From Candidatus Cloacimonadales bacterium (GTDB lineage: Bacteria; Cloacimonadota; Cloacimonadia; Cloacimonadales; JAFGVF01): a DNA stretch of 64,000 nucleotides. The notes beneath the pieces are model-generated. The model did no database searches. It saw nothing but the letters and a program-made list of their open reading frames with translations, and had not been told where the DNA came from. A program made the translations under genes and the position numbers. The stretch is from NCBI GenBank assembly GCA_963667035.1, contig OY762964.1:2496001-2560000 (forward strand), given 5' to 3'. Below are positions 39,456-54,476 of the stretch, one piece after another (the first letter of the stretch is position 1; the number at the start of each line of letters is the position of its first letter).

Positions 39456-40910
39456 TTACTCAAGTTCAGCTTTGAAGACTTCCACAGTTGAAAGGGTCGG
39501 GGAAGCTATAGCTTCTATATCAATTCTAATCTGATTAGCTTTTATATCATCAAATCTAATAATCTTTCTTACTCCGATAGTCGTACCTTCACTGATTGTT
39601 TTCCATCCTTCGGAAGTATTTGCTTCAATTGAGAAGTTGGAAACTCTTTGTCCTAACTGTATATATTCTTGCATTCTGATTCTGTTAAAAGTAGTGAATT
39701 CTTCAAAGTCGATTGTTAAGCTGGCTGATGTCACATCATCATCTGTAGCCCAATATGTTTCTCTATTCCCATCGACTATCATCATAGGTGAATATTTATC
39801 AGAGTTCCCTCGGGTATCGGAAGCAGTAACTCTTTTATTCCCCGCTAAGTTCTTAGAAAATGTATTCTCTATTATCCTACCGAATTCCTTGAGTCTTTGA
39901 ACATCCTCTTCCGGTATTAGTCCTCTCTTATCAGGAGTAATATTTAATAAGAGACACGCACCGTTCCCAACACTATTATAATAGATATCTAACAATCTTT
40001 CTATTGATTTGGGAGACTGATCTTCATGGTAAAACCAACCGTCTCTGATTGAGACATCAACTTCCGCAGGTCTCCAGACTTCACCTCCGGGAGTACCGGC
40101 ACCAAGTAAGTTTTGGTCTGCTTTACCAGGGAACATTCCCTCCGGATTAATCGGAGCCCAACATGTCTCAGGAGCAAATCCCTGTTCATTACCAACCCAA
40201 CGTACATCTGGTCCGGCATCACTGAAAATAACGGCATTAGGTTGAAGTTTACGGATTATATCCCAAGTATTGTCCCAATCATAATAAGTTTCTTTATCTA
40301 TTCTTCTTTCCTCTTGTGCTCCCCCGTAATATCCGTCTCCACCATTAGCTCCATCATGCCATACTTCAAATATTTCTCCGTAATTAGATAGTACTTCTTT
40401 TAACTGGTTTCGATAAAGTGTAACATACTCTTCTGCCCCATAGTCTTTACTATTTCTATCCCATGGAGAAAGATAAACACCCATTTTAAGATTATTTTGC
40501 TTACAAGCTTCCGACAGCTCTTTTAATACATCTCCCTTCCCCTGTCTCCAAGGAGAATTCTTAATTGAGTGTTCAGTTAATTCTGTTTGCCAAAGGCAAA
40601 AACCATCATGATGCTTCGCAGTAATTATCAATCCTTTCATTCCTGCTTTAGTCGCAGTCTTAGCCCATTGATTAGCATTCAGCTCAGTTGGATTGAACAG
40701 CTCGGTAGACTCATCACCGTATCCCCATTCTTTCCCTGTAAAAGTATTTACTGTAAAATGCAAAAATCCGTAGAACTCCATTTTATGCCATCTGAGTTGA
40801 TTATCATTTGGAGTAGCACCAAAAGGAGCAGGAGGCTCCACTTTGTTGTTACTAATTCCTTTTGCAGATAAGCATATAATTAGTAAAGCAAAGATAATTA
40901 ATGCTCTCAT
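39456..40910 (-). CDS. Alpha-L-fucosidase (GH29) with F5/8-type C-terminal domain, secreted
   Basis: Signal peptide; TAKHHDGFCLW, YLSPWD, WHDGA and EVDVSIRDGWFYH motifs. Confidence 0.93.
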   Translation of the reverse strand: MRALIIFALLIICLSAKGISNNKVEPPAPFGATPNDNQLRWHKMEFYGFLHFTVNTFTGKEWGYGDESTELFNPTELNANQWAKTATKAGMKGLIITAKHHDGFCLWQTELTEHSIKNSPWRQGKGDVLKELSEACKQNNLKMGVYLSPWDRNSKDYGAEEYVTLYRNQLKEVLSNYGEIFEVWHDGANGGDGYYGGAQEERRIDKETYYDWDNTWDIIRKLQPNAVIFSDAGPDVRWVGNEQGFAPETCWAPINPEGMFPGKADQNLLGAGTPGGEVWRPAEVDVSIRDGWFYHEDQSPKSIERLLDIYYNSVGNGACLLLNITPDKRGLIPEEDVQRLKEFGRIIENTFSKNLAGNKRVTASDTRGNSDKYSPMMIVDGNRETYWATDDDVTSASLTIDFEEFTTFNRIRMQEYIQLGQRVSNFSIEANTSEGWKTISEGTTIGVRKIIRFDDIKANQIRIDIEAIASPTLSTVEVFKAELE

Positions 40911-40912
40911 CT

Positions 40913-43939
<3,027 letters not shown>

Positions 43940-44143
43940 CTAATCTACGGAGTCTCTCTGTCAAAATATTACTGTTTTATTCATATAGGATTTAGCGATA
44001 AGAATGATGCACATAAACATATTTCAAAGGTTTGAGTTGGATTTGCTTTTCATTATAGAGTACTATAACAATAGTATGAAGCTACTGACATAATATCAAT
44101 TGGAAGTATGTAGTCTTAATCTAAACTAGTTACAGAAATACTT

Positions 44144-44167
44144 AAGGCTGATGAATACATCAGCCTT
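44144..44167 (-). terminator. Hairpin/terminator
   Basis: AAGGCTGATG-AATA-CATCAGCCTT directly after the lipoprotein stop. Confidence 0.6.
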
Positions 44168-44177
44168 TACATTATAC

Positions 44178-45008
44178 TTACTCTCTATTTAAAATTAACT
44201 TCAATAGTTTCCTGGCTTCCTGTATACGTGATTCTAAATCGGGCTTATCAAGCTTATAGTCATTGCTATAACTATCTACGTATGCTGTATAACCGCTCAT
44301 TATTGCAAGATCACCTGAGATTGTATAATTCATGCTACCTACTCCATAGTAGAGTTCTATATCTTCATGTGCACATGTTTGAGATATATCTACTAAACAA
44401 TTTTCGGGAAAAGTATACTCTCTTTTGCTTATGGAAATCTCAGTTACGTAATCGTCGTAGTCATATTCCTGTGTCAGTTCATTGTAACCTTCAATTGATG
44501 CTATAGCATATTGGAATTGATTATTCCTATACAAATCCCATGAGAAAGTTATATCACTTCCATGCTGAATAGGTTCTAAGGGTTTGTGCCAAACAGGTAC
44601 ATACGGCATCCTAAAATTACCTGATACTTCTCTTGACTGATTTACCTTATTGTCATTACTAATGTCAAGTTTATACTTTATAAACAAATCTTCTCCAGGT
44701 TGAAATTGATATGGAATATCTAGTAAAACAAAATCCACATATCCCCTCTCAATGTATTGAGACATATCTTCACCATTAATACTGATAGAGTGAGCAAAGT
44801 ATCCTTCAAAGTCTTCATTAACTATTTTATCACTTATTGTTACACATATCTCTGTTCCATTAACATAATCAAATATACTAACTAAAATATTACTTGTATA
44901 AATCTCATTAATTGGTTCAAGTTCAAAAAATCCTACGGATTCATTCCCGCACCCGACAAAAGCTAAGCAAATGCTAATAATCACTGCTATATACACTAAT
45001 CTTTTCAT
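44178..45008 (-). CDS. Hypothetical lipoprotein (paralog 1)
   Basis: AGGAGG RBS; lipobox FVGC; shares motifs with 47006-47806. Confidence 0.85.
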   Translation of the reverse strand: MKRLVYIAVIISICLAFVGCGNESVGFFELEPINEIYTSNILVSIFDYVNGTEICVTISDKIVNEDFEGYFAHSISINGEDMSQYIERGYVDFVLLDIPYQFQPGEDLFIKYKLDISNDNKVNQSREVSGNFRMPYVPVWHKPLEPIQHGSDITFSWDLYRNNQFQYAIASIEGYNELTQEYDYDDYVTEISISKREYTFPENCLVDISQTCAHEDIELYYGVGSMNYTISGDLAIMSGYTAYVDSYSNDYKLDKPDLESRIQEARKLLKLILNRE

Positions 45009-45069
45009 ACTACCTCCTAGTTCTTACTAAACAGAATTAAAGATTTATATGTGTCAAGAGTATTGTTAA

Positions 45070-46537
45070 CTGGCATCCCCCCGTTTTTTATCATAAGCAT
45101 GTCATCTGCTCCCATTCTGCATGACAACCTTGATACTTTGGAACAAAGTAATGCTTCCAATCTCTGAATAGATTTTTAACAACAACCGATAGTCTGTAGT
45201 AGATAAACTTACATAATTCCTTTAGATTACTCTTTTTACTAAGCATAATGTGTTGATACATTTCCGCAAAGTCGTATCGATACTTATCCAAAGAATAAAG
45301 ATAACTGACTGCCAATAATAACATGCAGTTCAGATTTCTTAACCTGTCCAATGTCATAACCTGCATATCTTCCCACGAATACTCCTGCTTCACATGACGG
45401 TGTACTTCTTCTACTTTCCAGCGGAGACGATACCCTCTTATTGCAGTTGTTATCAACTCCAAATCACTAAGGTCTCGATTTGGAAAATCACAGTTCAAAT
45501 AGAAAAAACCTTTGAGGCAATCTTTTCCTGATTCGTCTTTCTTAATATAACGGGCAACGACAAGGTTAGAATAAACAAGTGTTGCCTTTTTCTTGTGATG
45601 AGCATCAACTGGCACTCCAACTCTGATTACTCCGGCGATAAGAGTTGCATTACCGGATTGGATTCTATACTTCAATTTCACATGTTTAGTAGCTTTCTTA
45701 AATGATATTTCCTTACCATTTACATAAAGGTTACGATTACCTTTGACGCGAATGATATATGAAGCCTCATTCTCTGTTAAATAGTTGATTACTACCTTAT
45801 CATCATAACCTCTATCCATTACATATATCCCTTTATTTCCTGAATACACCTGAATATCATTGATCCGATCAAACACAGACTGTTTCAGTATGCCCGGATC
45901 TTCGTCGTTAGTATGCAATTCAGACACAAGAGGACGTATCTCAAGCGAATGACCTTCTTTTGATACTCTGATTATATCTAATACTTCATAACCGTTACAC
46001 CACTCGCCTGTACTGCCGTCTCTAACTCTGGTTAATCCTTCCATCTTCTTTGAATGGCTTTTCATTATGTCGCTGGGATCAATGACTATCAGGTCATAAG
46101 ATGCTATCTTCTTGCTTTCACAAATCAGATGAATATTTGATAGATTTTTGTACAACTCAGGTTTTGATAAATGACGACGATATCGTTCGCAGAGCTTTTC
46201 TAATGAGATATTCACTTCATGGCTCATTGCAATCCTTCTGATTATACAACTACCGGATTTCAAAATGCCACTGACAAGCTCTTTTACAAATTTCTTCTCT
46301 TTGATAGTACAGCTATGTGTGACTTTGTTGATGAATTTTGAAAATTTAGCTTGCAGATTATGCTTTTTTATTATTGATAGTTCCATATAGTGAGTTCCTT
46401 TTGTTTTATTTTAAGCGTAACAACAATAAATAGGGACTCACTCTTTTCAAGCTTTTTCTTGACTATTTTTATACTTAAATTACCACTTTTTCAGTCACTT
46501 ATTATGACCATTATTCTAAATTTCGGGGGGATGCTTG
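45070..46537 (-). mobile_element. IS4-family insertion sequence, copy 2 (1468 bp)
   Basis: IRs CTGGCATCCCCCCG / CAAGCATCCCCCCG; 9-bp TSD TATTGTTAA at 45061-45069 and 46538-46546. Confidence 0.96.
45091..46386 (-). CDS. IS4-family DDE transposase
   Basis: IVIDPSD, VMDRGYD and YRLRWKVEEVHRHVK (YREK signature). Confidence 0.93.
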   Translation of the reverse strand: MELSIIKKHNLQAKFSKFINKVTHSCTIKEKKFVKELVSGILKSGSCIIRRIAMSHEVNISLEKLCERYRRHLSKPELYKNLSNIHLICESKKIASYDLIVIDPSDIMKSHSKKMEGLTRVRDGSTGEWCNGYEVLDIIRVSKEGHSLEIRPLVSELHTNDEDPGILKQSVFDRINDIQVYSGNKGIYVMDRGYDDKVVINYLTENEASYIIRVKGNRNLYVNGKEISFKKATKHVKLKYRIQSGNATLIAGVIRVGVPVDAHHKKKATLVYSNLVVARYIKKDESGKDCLKGFFYLNCDFPNRDLSDLELITTAIRGYRLRWKVEEVHRHVKQEYSWEDMQVMTLDRLRNLNCMLLLAVSYLYSLDKYRYDFAEMYQHIMLSKKSNLKELCKFIYYRLSVVVKNLFRDWKHYFVPKYQGCHAEWEQMTCL

Positions 46538-46628
46538 TATTGTTAATAATTGTTAAAGAGTAATGTAAGAGAAATCACCAAGTATAGCTACAGCTATTTG
46601 TTAATCCGATATCTTATTGATTACTAGC

Positions 46629-46664
46629 TCTTTAAACTATCTGATAAAGGGCAGTTATCCCACT
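46629..46664. repeat. 36-bp conserved upstream element, copy 1
   Basis: TCTTTAAACTATCTGATAAAGGGCAGTTATCCCACT, 32/36 identical to 47901-47936. Confidence 0.75.
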
Positions 46665-46685
46665 AATAGTTTAATAGATACATTT

Positions 46686-46710
46686 GGGAGTCTGTAAATT
46701 GCAGACTCCC
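46686..46710 (-). terminator. Hairpin/terminator
   Basis: GGGAGTCTGT-AAATT-GCAGACTCCC downstream of the 79-aa ORF. Confidence 0.6.
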
Positions 46711-46740
46711 TTAAAACCTATTAGTTGTAGAACTAGATTA

Positions 46741-46980
46741 TCAAATAAAAATCCTAGCGACATAGACAACTAAAGCTATAAACAATAATACTGTTAAAAC
46801 CGTTAAGAGAAGGTGAAATTTATGATACTTCCTTATCACAATGTAGAGTATAATTTCTAAGCTTAAACCACCTAGCAAGATATATGTAAAAGTATCTCGC
46901 TTATTCATGAAGAGTTCAATTGATAAGCTTATGAACAGAATTATACTAATTAAAAACCTTATTCGTTGTTTATCTTCCAT
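46741..46980 (-). CDS. Small 3-TM membrane protein
   Basis: AGGAG RBS; three hydrophobic stretches. Confidence 0.7.
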   Translation of the reverse strand: MEDKQRIRFLISIILFISLSIELFMNKRDTFTYILLGGLSLEIILYIVIRKYHKFHLLLTVLTVLLFIALVVYVARIFI

Positions 46981-47005
46981 TAACTCTCCTAGTTAAGAAC
47001 AAACC

Positions 47006-47806
47006 CTAATCTGCTATATGTTCTTTATCTCGCAGAATACTAACAATATCTTTTAGTTGCTGAATTCTGTGTGGTATTCTCTCATAAAGGCTATACCCAT
47101 TTTCTACATAAATCAAATCTTGACTAATAATGACACAATCATCATCCATATAGTAATTTAACGAGAATATCTGATAGTATAAATTCCAAGAATTTGAAGA
47201 CATTATTTCATCCAAATAGTTCTTGGGAAATGTAAAGCTTCTAGTACTTGTTTCCAACTCAAATCTCTGAAAATGATCATTATTATCTGTACTATATCTA
47301 ACAACTCCACATTGAGCCATATTGCTTCTATTCAGACTCCAGTCGAATCTAATCTCATCATCAGGACTAATCGTGGATACAGGATTATCCCAGTGCATCA
47401 ATTGTGCAGCTTCAAGTGTACCATTTACTTTTTTGCTAAATATACTTTTGCTATATTCTTGCAGGGTAACATCGAATTCAACTTCATAGTTATGCCCCGG
47501 TACCAGCTGAAAGGGTAATTCATATAAGTATATTGTACCAAGTGCAAAGTCGATAAAACTACTGTAATCAATGCCATCAATCTTTAGGGTAGGAATGAAT
47601 TGTCCTTCATAATCTTCCAATTCATCATCAAGATTAACTAAAACCAATACCTCTTTATCCATAAAAGAGATATAAACATCTAGCGAGTCAGCTTGTTGCC
47701 AAAAATCTCCATCATGCTGATTAATTCCTCCAATTCCATCACTCCCACAGCCTGCAATAATCAATGCAAGTACAATTATGATTCCTAGAATAAACTCTGA
47801 TTTCAT
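47006..47806 (-). CDS. Hypothetical lipoprotein (paralog 2)
   Basis: GAGGGGG RBS; lipobox IAGC; shares motifs with 44178-45008. Confidence 0.85.
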   Translation of the reverse strand: MKSEFILGIIIVLALIIAGCGSDGIGGINQHDGDFWQQADSLDVYISFMDKEVLVLVNLDDELEDYEGQFIPTLKIDGIDYSSFIDFALGTIYLYELPFQLVPGHNYEVEFDVTLQEYSKSIFSKKVNGTLEAAQLMHWDNPVSTISPDDEIRFDWSLNRSNMAQCGVVRYSTDNNDHFQRFELETSTRSFTFPKNYLDEIMSSNSWNLYYQIFSLNYYMDDDCVIISQDLIYVENGYSLYERIPHRIQQLKDIVSILRDKEHIAD

Positions 47807-47900
47807 AGTTCCCCCTCAATATGTTATAGATAGTCTCTTTTAAAGAGTAAGTAATTATATTTGTCAATATGTTATTTGCCTAATTACTCTTTTACTTAGT

Positions 47901-47936
47901 TCTTTAAATTATCTGATAAAGAACAATTATCCCACT
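47901..47936. repeat. 36-bp conserved upstream element, copy 2
   Basis: TCTTTAAATTATCTGATAAAGAACAATTATCCCACT. Confidence 0.75.
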
Positions 47937-48022
47937 GTATTTGCACTGTGCACGCACTGCGAACCCGGTGTTTCAGTGGGTGGACAGTGCATTCACACTG
48001 GCTGCACAGTGCAAAATCAGTG
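47933..48022. repeat. Head-to-head arrays of 11-bp-periodic repeats (palindromic element B)
   Basis: CACTG at 47933/47944/47955; CAGTG at 47974/47985/(47996 CACTG)/48007/48018; outer stem TTTGCACTGTGCA...TGCACAGTGCAAA. Confidence 0.8.
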
Positions 48023-48128
48023 CGTTGGTAGATTGAGTAGTTATAGAGATGAAAATGGACGTAAAATATACGTAACTACTTGGTAAATGCACTGTAACCG
48101 TGAGATAGTTACATTTTATAATATAAGA

Positions 48129-48152
48129 AAAGACCGCCATGTAGCGGTCTTT
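48129..48152 (-). terminator. Rho-independent terminator of the atp operon
   Basis: AAAGACCGC-CATGTA-GCGGTCTTT, with a U-tract on the minus strand. Confidence 0.8.
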
Positions 48153-48181
48153 AATTAGATTGGTTTTATTGGATTACAAAA

Positions 48182-49979
<1,798 letters not shown>

Positions 49980-50834
49980 TTAATTGTTGATTGCTTCAGC
50001 ACCTGAAGCAACCTCAATAATTTCGGTTGTAATTGAAGCCTGTCTTTCCCTGTTATATTGCAATTCCAGCTTACCAATAAGGTCTTTGGCATTCTCTGTA
50101 GCACTGTCCATTGCAGTCATACGACTACTCTGTTCTGATGCTGAAGATTCCAAGAATACCTGCCACATCTGGAAGTGAAGATAACGTTCAATCAGGTTGT
50201 CAATCACCATGTCTGCATCGGGTTCATAAACATAATCCACCATTGACACATTCTCCTCTTCCATTGCGGGAATCGGTAGTAACTGCAATTGACCTATTGT
50301 CTGTTGCATGACACTCTTAAATTCATTGAAGAGGACAACAACCTTACTATACTGATTGGAAAGATACAATTCTTTAATTTTATCAGCTATCTCCGATGTG
50401 ATGTCGAAATTAAATTTCTCCATCATACCGGTATAATCTGCTATTACTTTATCTGTTTTCTTTCGAAAGTAATCGAAACTCTTCTTCCCTATACAGATAA
50501 TATCACTATCGGGAGAATCCGCCAATAAACTGTCTCCTGTTCTTGTTATCTGTGAATTAAATGAGCCGCAAAGCCCACGGTCAGCAGTTACGAATACATA
50601 AAGTGTTTTTCCGGACGGGGCTGTTTCTTTAAGAAAGATATTATCTGACATTCTGTTCTTGAACTTAACGATTCTGGTCATTTCCATAATCTTATGTGCA
50701 TAAGGACGAGCTTTAAACATGTTCTGCTGTGCTTTACGCATCTTAGCAGCTGCAACCATTTTCATTGCATTTGTGATTTGCTTCGTACTCTGAACACTGC
50801 CGATTCTTTCTTTTATATCATTTATGTTTCCCAT
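49980..50834 (-). CDS. atpG: F1 gamma subunit
   Basis: ITNAMKMVAA, DRGLCGSFN and RQASITTEI motifs. Confidence 0.98.
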   Translation of the reverse strand: MGNINDIKERIGSVQSTKQITNAMKMVAAAKMRKAQQNMFKARPYAHKIMEMTRIVKFKNRMSDNIFLKETAPSGKTLYVFVTADRGLCGSFNSQITRTGDSLLADSPDSDIICIGKKSFDYFRKKTDKVIADYTGMMEKFNFDITSEIADKIKELYLSNQYSKVVVLFNEFKSVMQQTIGQLQLLPIPAMEEENVSMVDYVYEPDADMVIDNLIERYLHFQMWQVFLESSASEQSSRMTAMDSATENAKDLIGKLELQYNRERQASITTEIIEVASGAEAINN

Positions 50835-50854
50835 TCTTACTCCGGATTAAACGG

Positions 50855-52360
50855 TTATTTGGCAAATTTACCGATTACCAGTTCACAGATTGCTTTCATC
50901 TGATTACGTTTTTCGTCATCAAGCCCACCTTCAACAAGTTTCTGGCATAACTCTTTATATTCGGTATCAAGAGTTAAATTAAGCTCTTTTTCAACCTCTG
51001 CAACCTGGTCTTTCTCAACTTGGTCAAGATAACCTTCATTTACCATAAACACAATCATTATCTCTTTGTAAACTTCAAGTGGTTGATACTGACCTTGTTT
51101 AAGCATTTCAACAATTCTCTCTCCACGTCTAAGTTGAGCAAGAGTTGTTTTATCGAGGTCTGAACCGAACTTAGAGAATGCAGCTAACTCATCATACTGA
51201 GCTAAAGCAAACTTAAGCTGTCCAACAACCTTCTTCATAGCTTTAATCTGAGCAGAGCCACCAACTCGAGAAACAGAGATACCTGCATTAATAGCAGGTC
51301 TGATACCTGAATAAAATAGCTTTGAGCTCAGGTAAATCTGCCCATCGGTAATTGATATAACATTAGTTGGGATATATGCCGAAACATCTTCAGCTTTTGT
51401 CTCAATAATAGGTAGAGCAGTAAGAGAACCCCCACCGTGTGCATCACTAAGCTTTGATGCTCTTTCAAGTAGACGTGAATGAAGATAAAAAACATCTCCG
51501 GGATATGCTTCACGTCCCGGTGGTCTTCTAAGAAGAAGAGATATTTCACGATACGCAACAGCATGCTTTGATAAGTCATCATAAATGATGAGAGCATGTT
51601 TTCCATTGAGCATGAAGTATTCACCCATTGCACATCCTGCATAAGGTGCCATATATTGAAGAGCCGGTGCATAATTAGCAGAAGCCATCACTATTGTTGT
51701 ATACTCCATTGCCCCATGCTCTTCCAAGGTTTTTACGATTTTAGCAACTGTTGATTGTTTCTGCCCTATTGCAACATAAATACAATACATATCAGATTTC
51801 TTCTGATTAATAATAGTATCAATTGCAATAGCAGTTTTACCTGTTTGTCTGTCACCAATAATCAGCTCACGTTGACCACGACCGATTGGTATCATAGCGT
51901 CAATAGCTTTAATGCCGGTCTGAACAGGTTCAACCACAGGCTGTCTGTCAATAACACCTAAGGCTTTGCTCTCCATGTTTCTAAATTCAGTGGCTTTAAT
52001 CTCTCCCTTACCGTCAACAGGCTGTCCGAGTGTATTAACCACACGTCCAAGAAGAGCTTCACCAACAGGAACTTGAAGAATTTTGCCGGTTCTTTTTACA
52101 ATGTCACCCTCTTTGATTGATGTAGCATCACCAAAGATAACTGCACCGACATTTCCCTCTTCCAAGTTCAAAGCCATACCGAAGATGTCTCCGGGAAATA
52201 GTAACATCTCCATAGACATAACATTATCAAGTCCATAAATACGGGCAATGCCATCACCGACTTGAATAATCTTACCTGTCTCGGCAACATCAATGTCGAA
52301 TTTAAAATTATTTATCCTATCTCTGATTAAGGAACTTATTTCATCTGGTTGAATTATCAT
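50855..52360 (-). CDS. atpA: F1 alpha subunit
   Basis: GDRQTGKT and [23 protein letters not shown] motifs. Confidence 0.99.
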   Translation of the reverse strand: MIIQPDEISSLIRDRINNFKFDIDVAETGKIIQVGDGIARIYGLDNVMSMEMLLFPGDIFGMALNLEEGNVGAVIFGDATSIKEGDIVKRTGKILQVPVGEALLGRVVNTLGQPVDGKGEIKATEFRNMESKALGVIDRQPVVEPVQTGIKAIDAMIPIGRGQRELIIGDRQTGKTAIAIDTIINQKKSDMYCIYVAIGQKQSTVAKIVKTLEEHGAMEYTTIVMASANYAPALQYMAPYAGCAMGEYFMLNGKHALIIYDDLSKHAVAYREISLLLRRPPGREAYPGDVFYLHSRLLERASKLSDAHGGGSLTALPIIETKAEDVSAYIPTNVISITDGQIYLSSKLFYSGIRPAINAGISVSRVGGSAQIKAMKKVVGQLKFALAQYDELAAFSKFGSDLDKTTLAQLRRGERIVEMLKQGQYQPLEVYKEIMIVFMVNEGYLDQVEKDQVAEVEKELNLTLDTEYKELCQKLVEGGLDDEKRNQMKAICELVIGKFAK

Positions 52361-52375
52361 AGTATCCTCAACTGT

Positions 52376-52909
52376 TTAGTTGTGATTTTGAGTAAATCTG
52401 TCAATATTATGCCTCAGCGAAGCATCAATAATCCGGGAATCTGTTTGAGCAATGAAACCTCCACCAATAGAAAGATCAATTTCATAGGTTGGTATAATCT
52501 TTTGATGCAGATACCCGGAAACTCTATCCTCGATTTCCGCCTTAAGATTATCATCAATCTCATGAGCTACTTTTATAGTTACCTTGCAAAGATTAAGTTG
52601 TTCCAGAAGCATTCTGTCAATCTCTTCAAGAATAGTTTCAAAATGAGATTCACGGTTGTTCTTAATAAGAAGTTGAACTAGACCGTTCCATCTCTCTTCA
52701 AAATGCAGAGTTGCTGAAATTTCTTTAAACAATTTCATCTTTTCGGTAGCTTTAATAAGTGGAGATGAAAGGAAGGAATTCAGTTCCACGTTTTCTCTTA
52801 AATCTTTCAATAGGAAAGATATATCTATTCTCAAATCGCGAAATTGAGGTAATGAGAAAAGAGAAATCATACCTTTAGCATAGCGATCGGCAATTATGTG
52901 CTGTTTCAC
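52376..52909 (-). CDS. atpH: F1 delta subunit
   Basis: IADRYAK, IDLSIGGG and IDAS motifs; position in operon. Confidence 0.92.
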   Translation of the reverse strand: MKQHIIADRYAKGMISLFSLPQFRDLRIDISFLLKDLRENVELNSFLSSPLIKATEKMKLFKEISATLHFEERWNGLVQLLIKNNRESHFETILEEIDRMLLEQLNLCKVTIKVAHEIDDNLKAEIEDRVSGYLHQKIIPTYEIDLSIGGGFIAQTDSRIIDASLRHNIDRFTQNHN

Positions 52910-52911
52910 TA

Positions 52912-53388
52912 TTAGCTCCGTTCCTTTAACATGTTTTCAATAAGCTCTTTATCTTTCTTAGAATCAACCTTAGTCCCAAGAACCTTAGTAGACAGTTCTG
53001 CAACAAGATTAGCAACTTCTCCTTCGAGGTTCTTCATTGCTTTTTTTGATTCCATCTCAAGTCTTTTTTCACCTTCGGAAAGAAGCTTCTTATTTTGCAA
53101 ATGAGCTTCATCAATAATCTTATCAGCTTCTATCTGAGCTTCTTTTTTTATCTTTTCACGAAGATGTCTGGCTTCACTTGTAGCCTTTCTATATTCTTCT
53201 TCTTGAGCTTGAAGGAGTTTTTGAGCTTCCTCTTTAGATTTCCCAGCCGAATCTATATCTTCTTGAATCTGTTTCTGTCTTTTTTCCAACATCTCGCGTA
53301 AAGGCTTAAATGCCACTTTATTCAAGACAATCAAAAGCAGAATAAAATTCAGGATAACAACGACTAAAGAAACATCAATACTAATCAT
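52912..53388 (-). CDS. atpF: Fo b subunit
   Basis: NFILLLIVLNKVAFKPL...LEKRQ followed by a coiled coil. Confidence 0.95.
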   Translation of the reverse strand: MISIDVSLVVVILNFILLLIVLNKVAFKPLREMLEKRQKQIQEDIDSAGKSKEEAQKLLQAQEEEYRKATSEARHLREKIKKEAQIEADKIIDEAHLQNKKLLSEGEKRLEMESKKAMKNLEGEVANLVAELSTKVLGTKVDSKKDKELIENMLKERS

Positions 53389-53435
53389 TTTTTATCCTTT
53401 ATACTGGTTGTGAACAAAATCGGTCTACTACCAAG

Positions 53436-53711
<276 letters not shown>

Positions 53712-53716
53712 CTAAT

Positions 53717-54466
53717 TTATATAAATATTAATAGAAAAGCTACTACAAGAGCATAAATTGCAGTAGATTCCGAGACTGCGGCTCCAAGAAACATTGTTCT
53801 TGTTATGGTAGGACCTTGTTTGGAAAATCTTCCTAACATATCAGTTGATCTTCCTGCCACAAATCCGATTCCGATTCCGGGACCAAATGTCCCGAATCCA
53901 ATAGCAAGAGCAGCACCTATATAACCGCATATTCTCATTACAATATGCCCAGTTGTTACTGCTTCCGGTGTTATTGGTGTAGAATAAAGAAGTAGCAAGG
54001 ATACAACAAGAGCAAAAATAGCATCTGTTTGTGCTAGTGCTTGCCCTATAAGCATTGTTGTAGTTATCCTGTTCTGTTGATCAGGCATTCTTCCTATTGA
54101 GCGACAAGATTGAGCTCCTGTATAGCCCGAGCCAAAACCCGGTCCTATACTACCAAGTCCAATTGCTAATCCGGCTGCCAATAGAGTTCCGAATCTAAAC
54201 CAACCTGCGTCAGGATTATTCAAACCACTAAAAATCAGAAGAAGTGATACAACCAAACCAAATATAGCTCCGGTCTCAGTCACAGCCTGACTAATGAGCA
54301 TTGTTCTTAAAAGACCATCTCCTGCTTTTGGCTGTCTCATTAACGCAAAAGAAGCTTCTCCTGCTGTCTGACCTTCTCCTATACCTGCACTCAATGAGGC
54401 AACACCTGTTGCAACTGCCGCTCCAAGGAATGCTGCAATGTTAAGAATTTCTGATGTTAATACCAT
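53717..54466 (-). CDS. atpE: Triplicated (three-hairpin) Fo c subunit
   Basis: Three c repeats ending QAVTETGAIF, QALAQTDAIF and AAVSESTAIY; start ATG 54466 after AGGAGAGG (249 aa). Confidence 0.93.
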   Translation of the reverse strand: MVLTSEILNIAAFLGAAVATGVASLSAGIGEGQTAGEASFALMRQPKAGDGLLRTMLISQAVTETGAIFGLVVSLLLIFSGLNNPDAGWFRFGTLLAAGLAIGLGSIGPGFGSGYTGAQSCRSIGRMPDQQNRITTTMLIGQALAQTDAIFALVVSLLLLYSTPITPEAVTTGHIVMRICGYIGAALAIGFGTFGPGIGIGFVAGRSTDMLGRFSKQGPTITRTMFLGAAVSESTAIYALVVAFLLIFI

Positions 54467-54476
54467 AGTTCCTCTC

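Noticed and set aside
46629..46664. Fur box in the 36-bp element
   Set aside because: Spacing is GATAA-N7-TTATC rather than the N9 of the 19-bp Fur consensus.
53717..54466. V/A-type K subunit or collapsed tandem atpE repeats
   Set aside because: The repeats are F-type-like (RQP-type loop, QAV-E), strongly diverged from each other and joined by distinct in-frame linkers.
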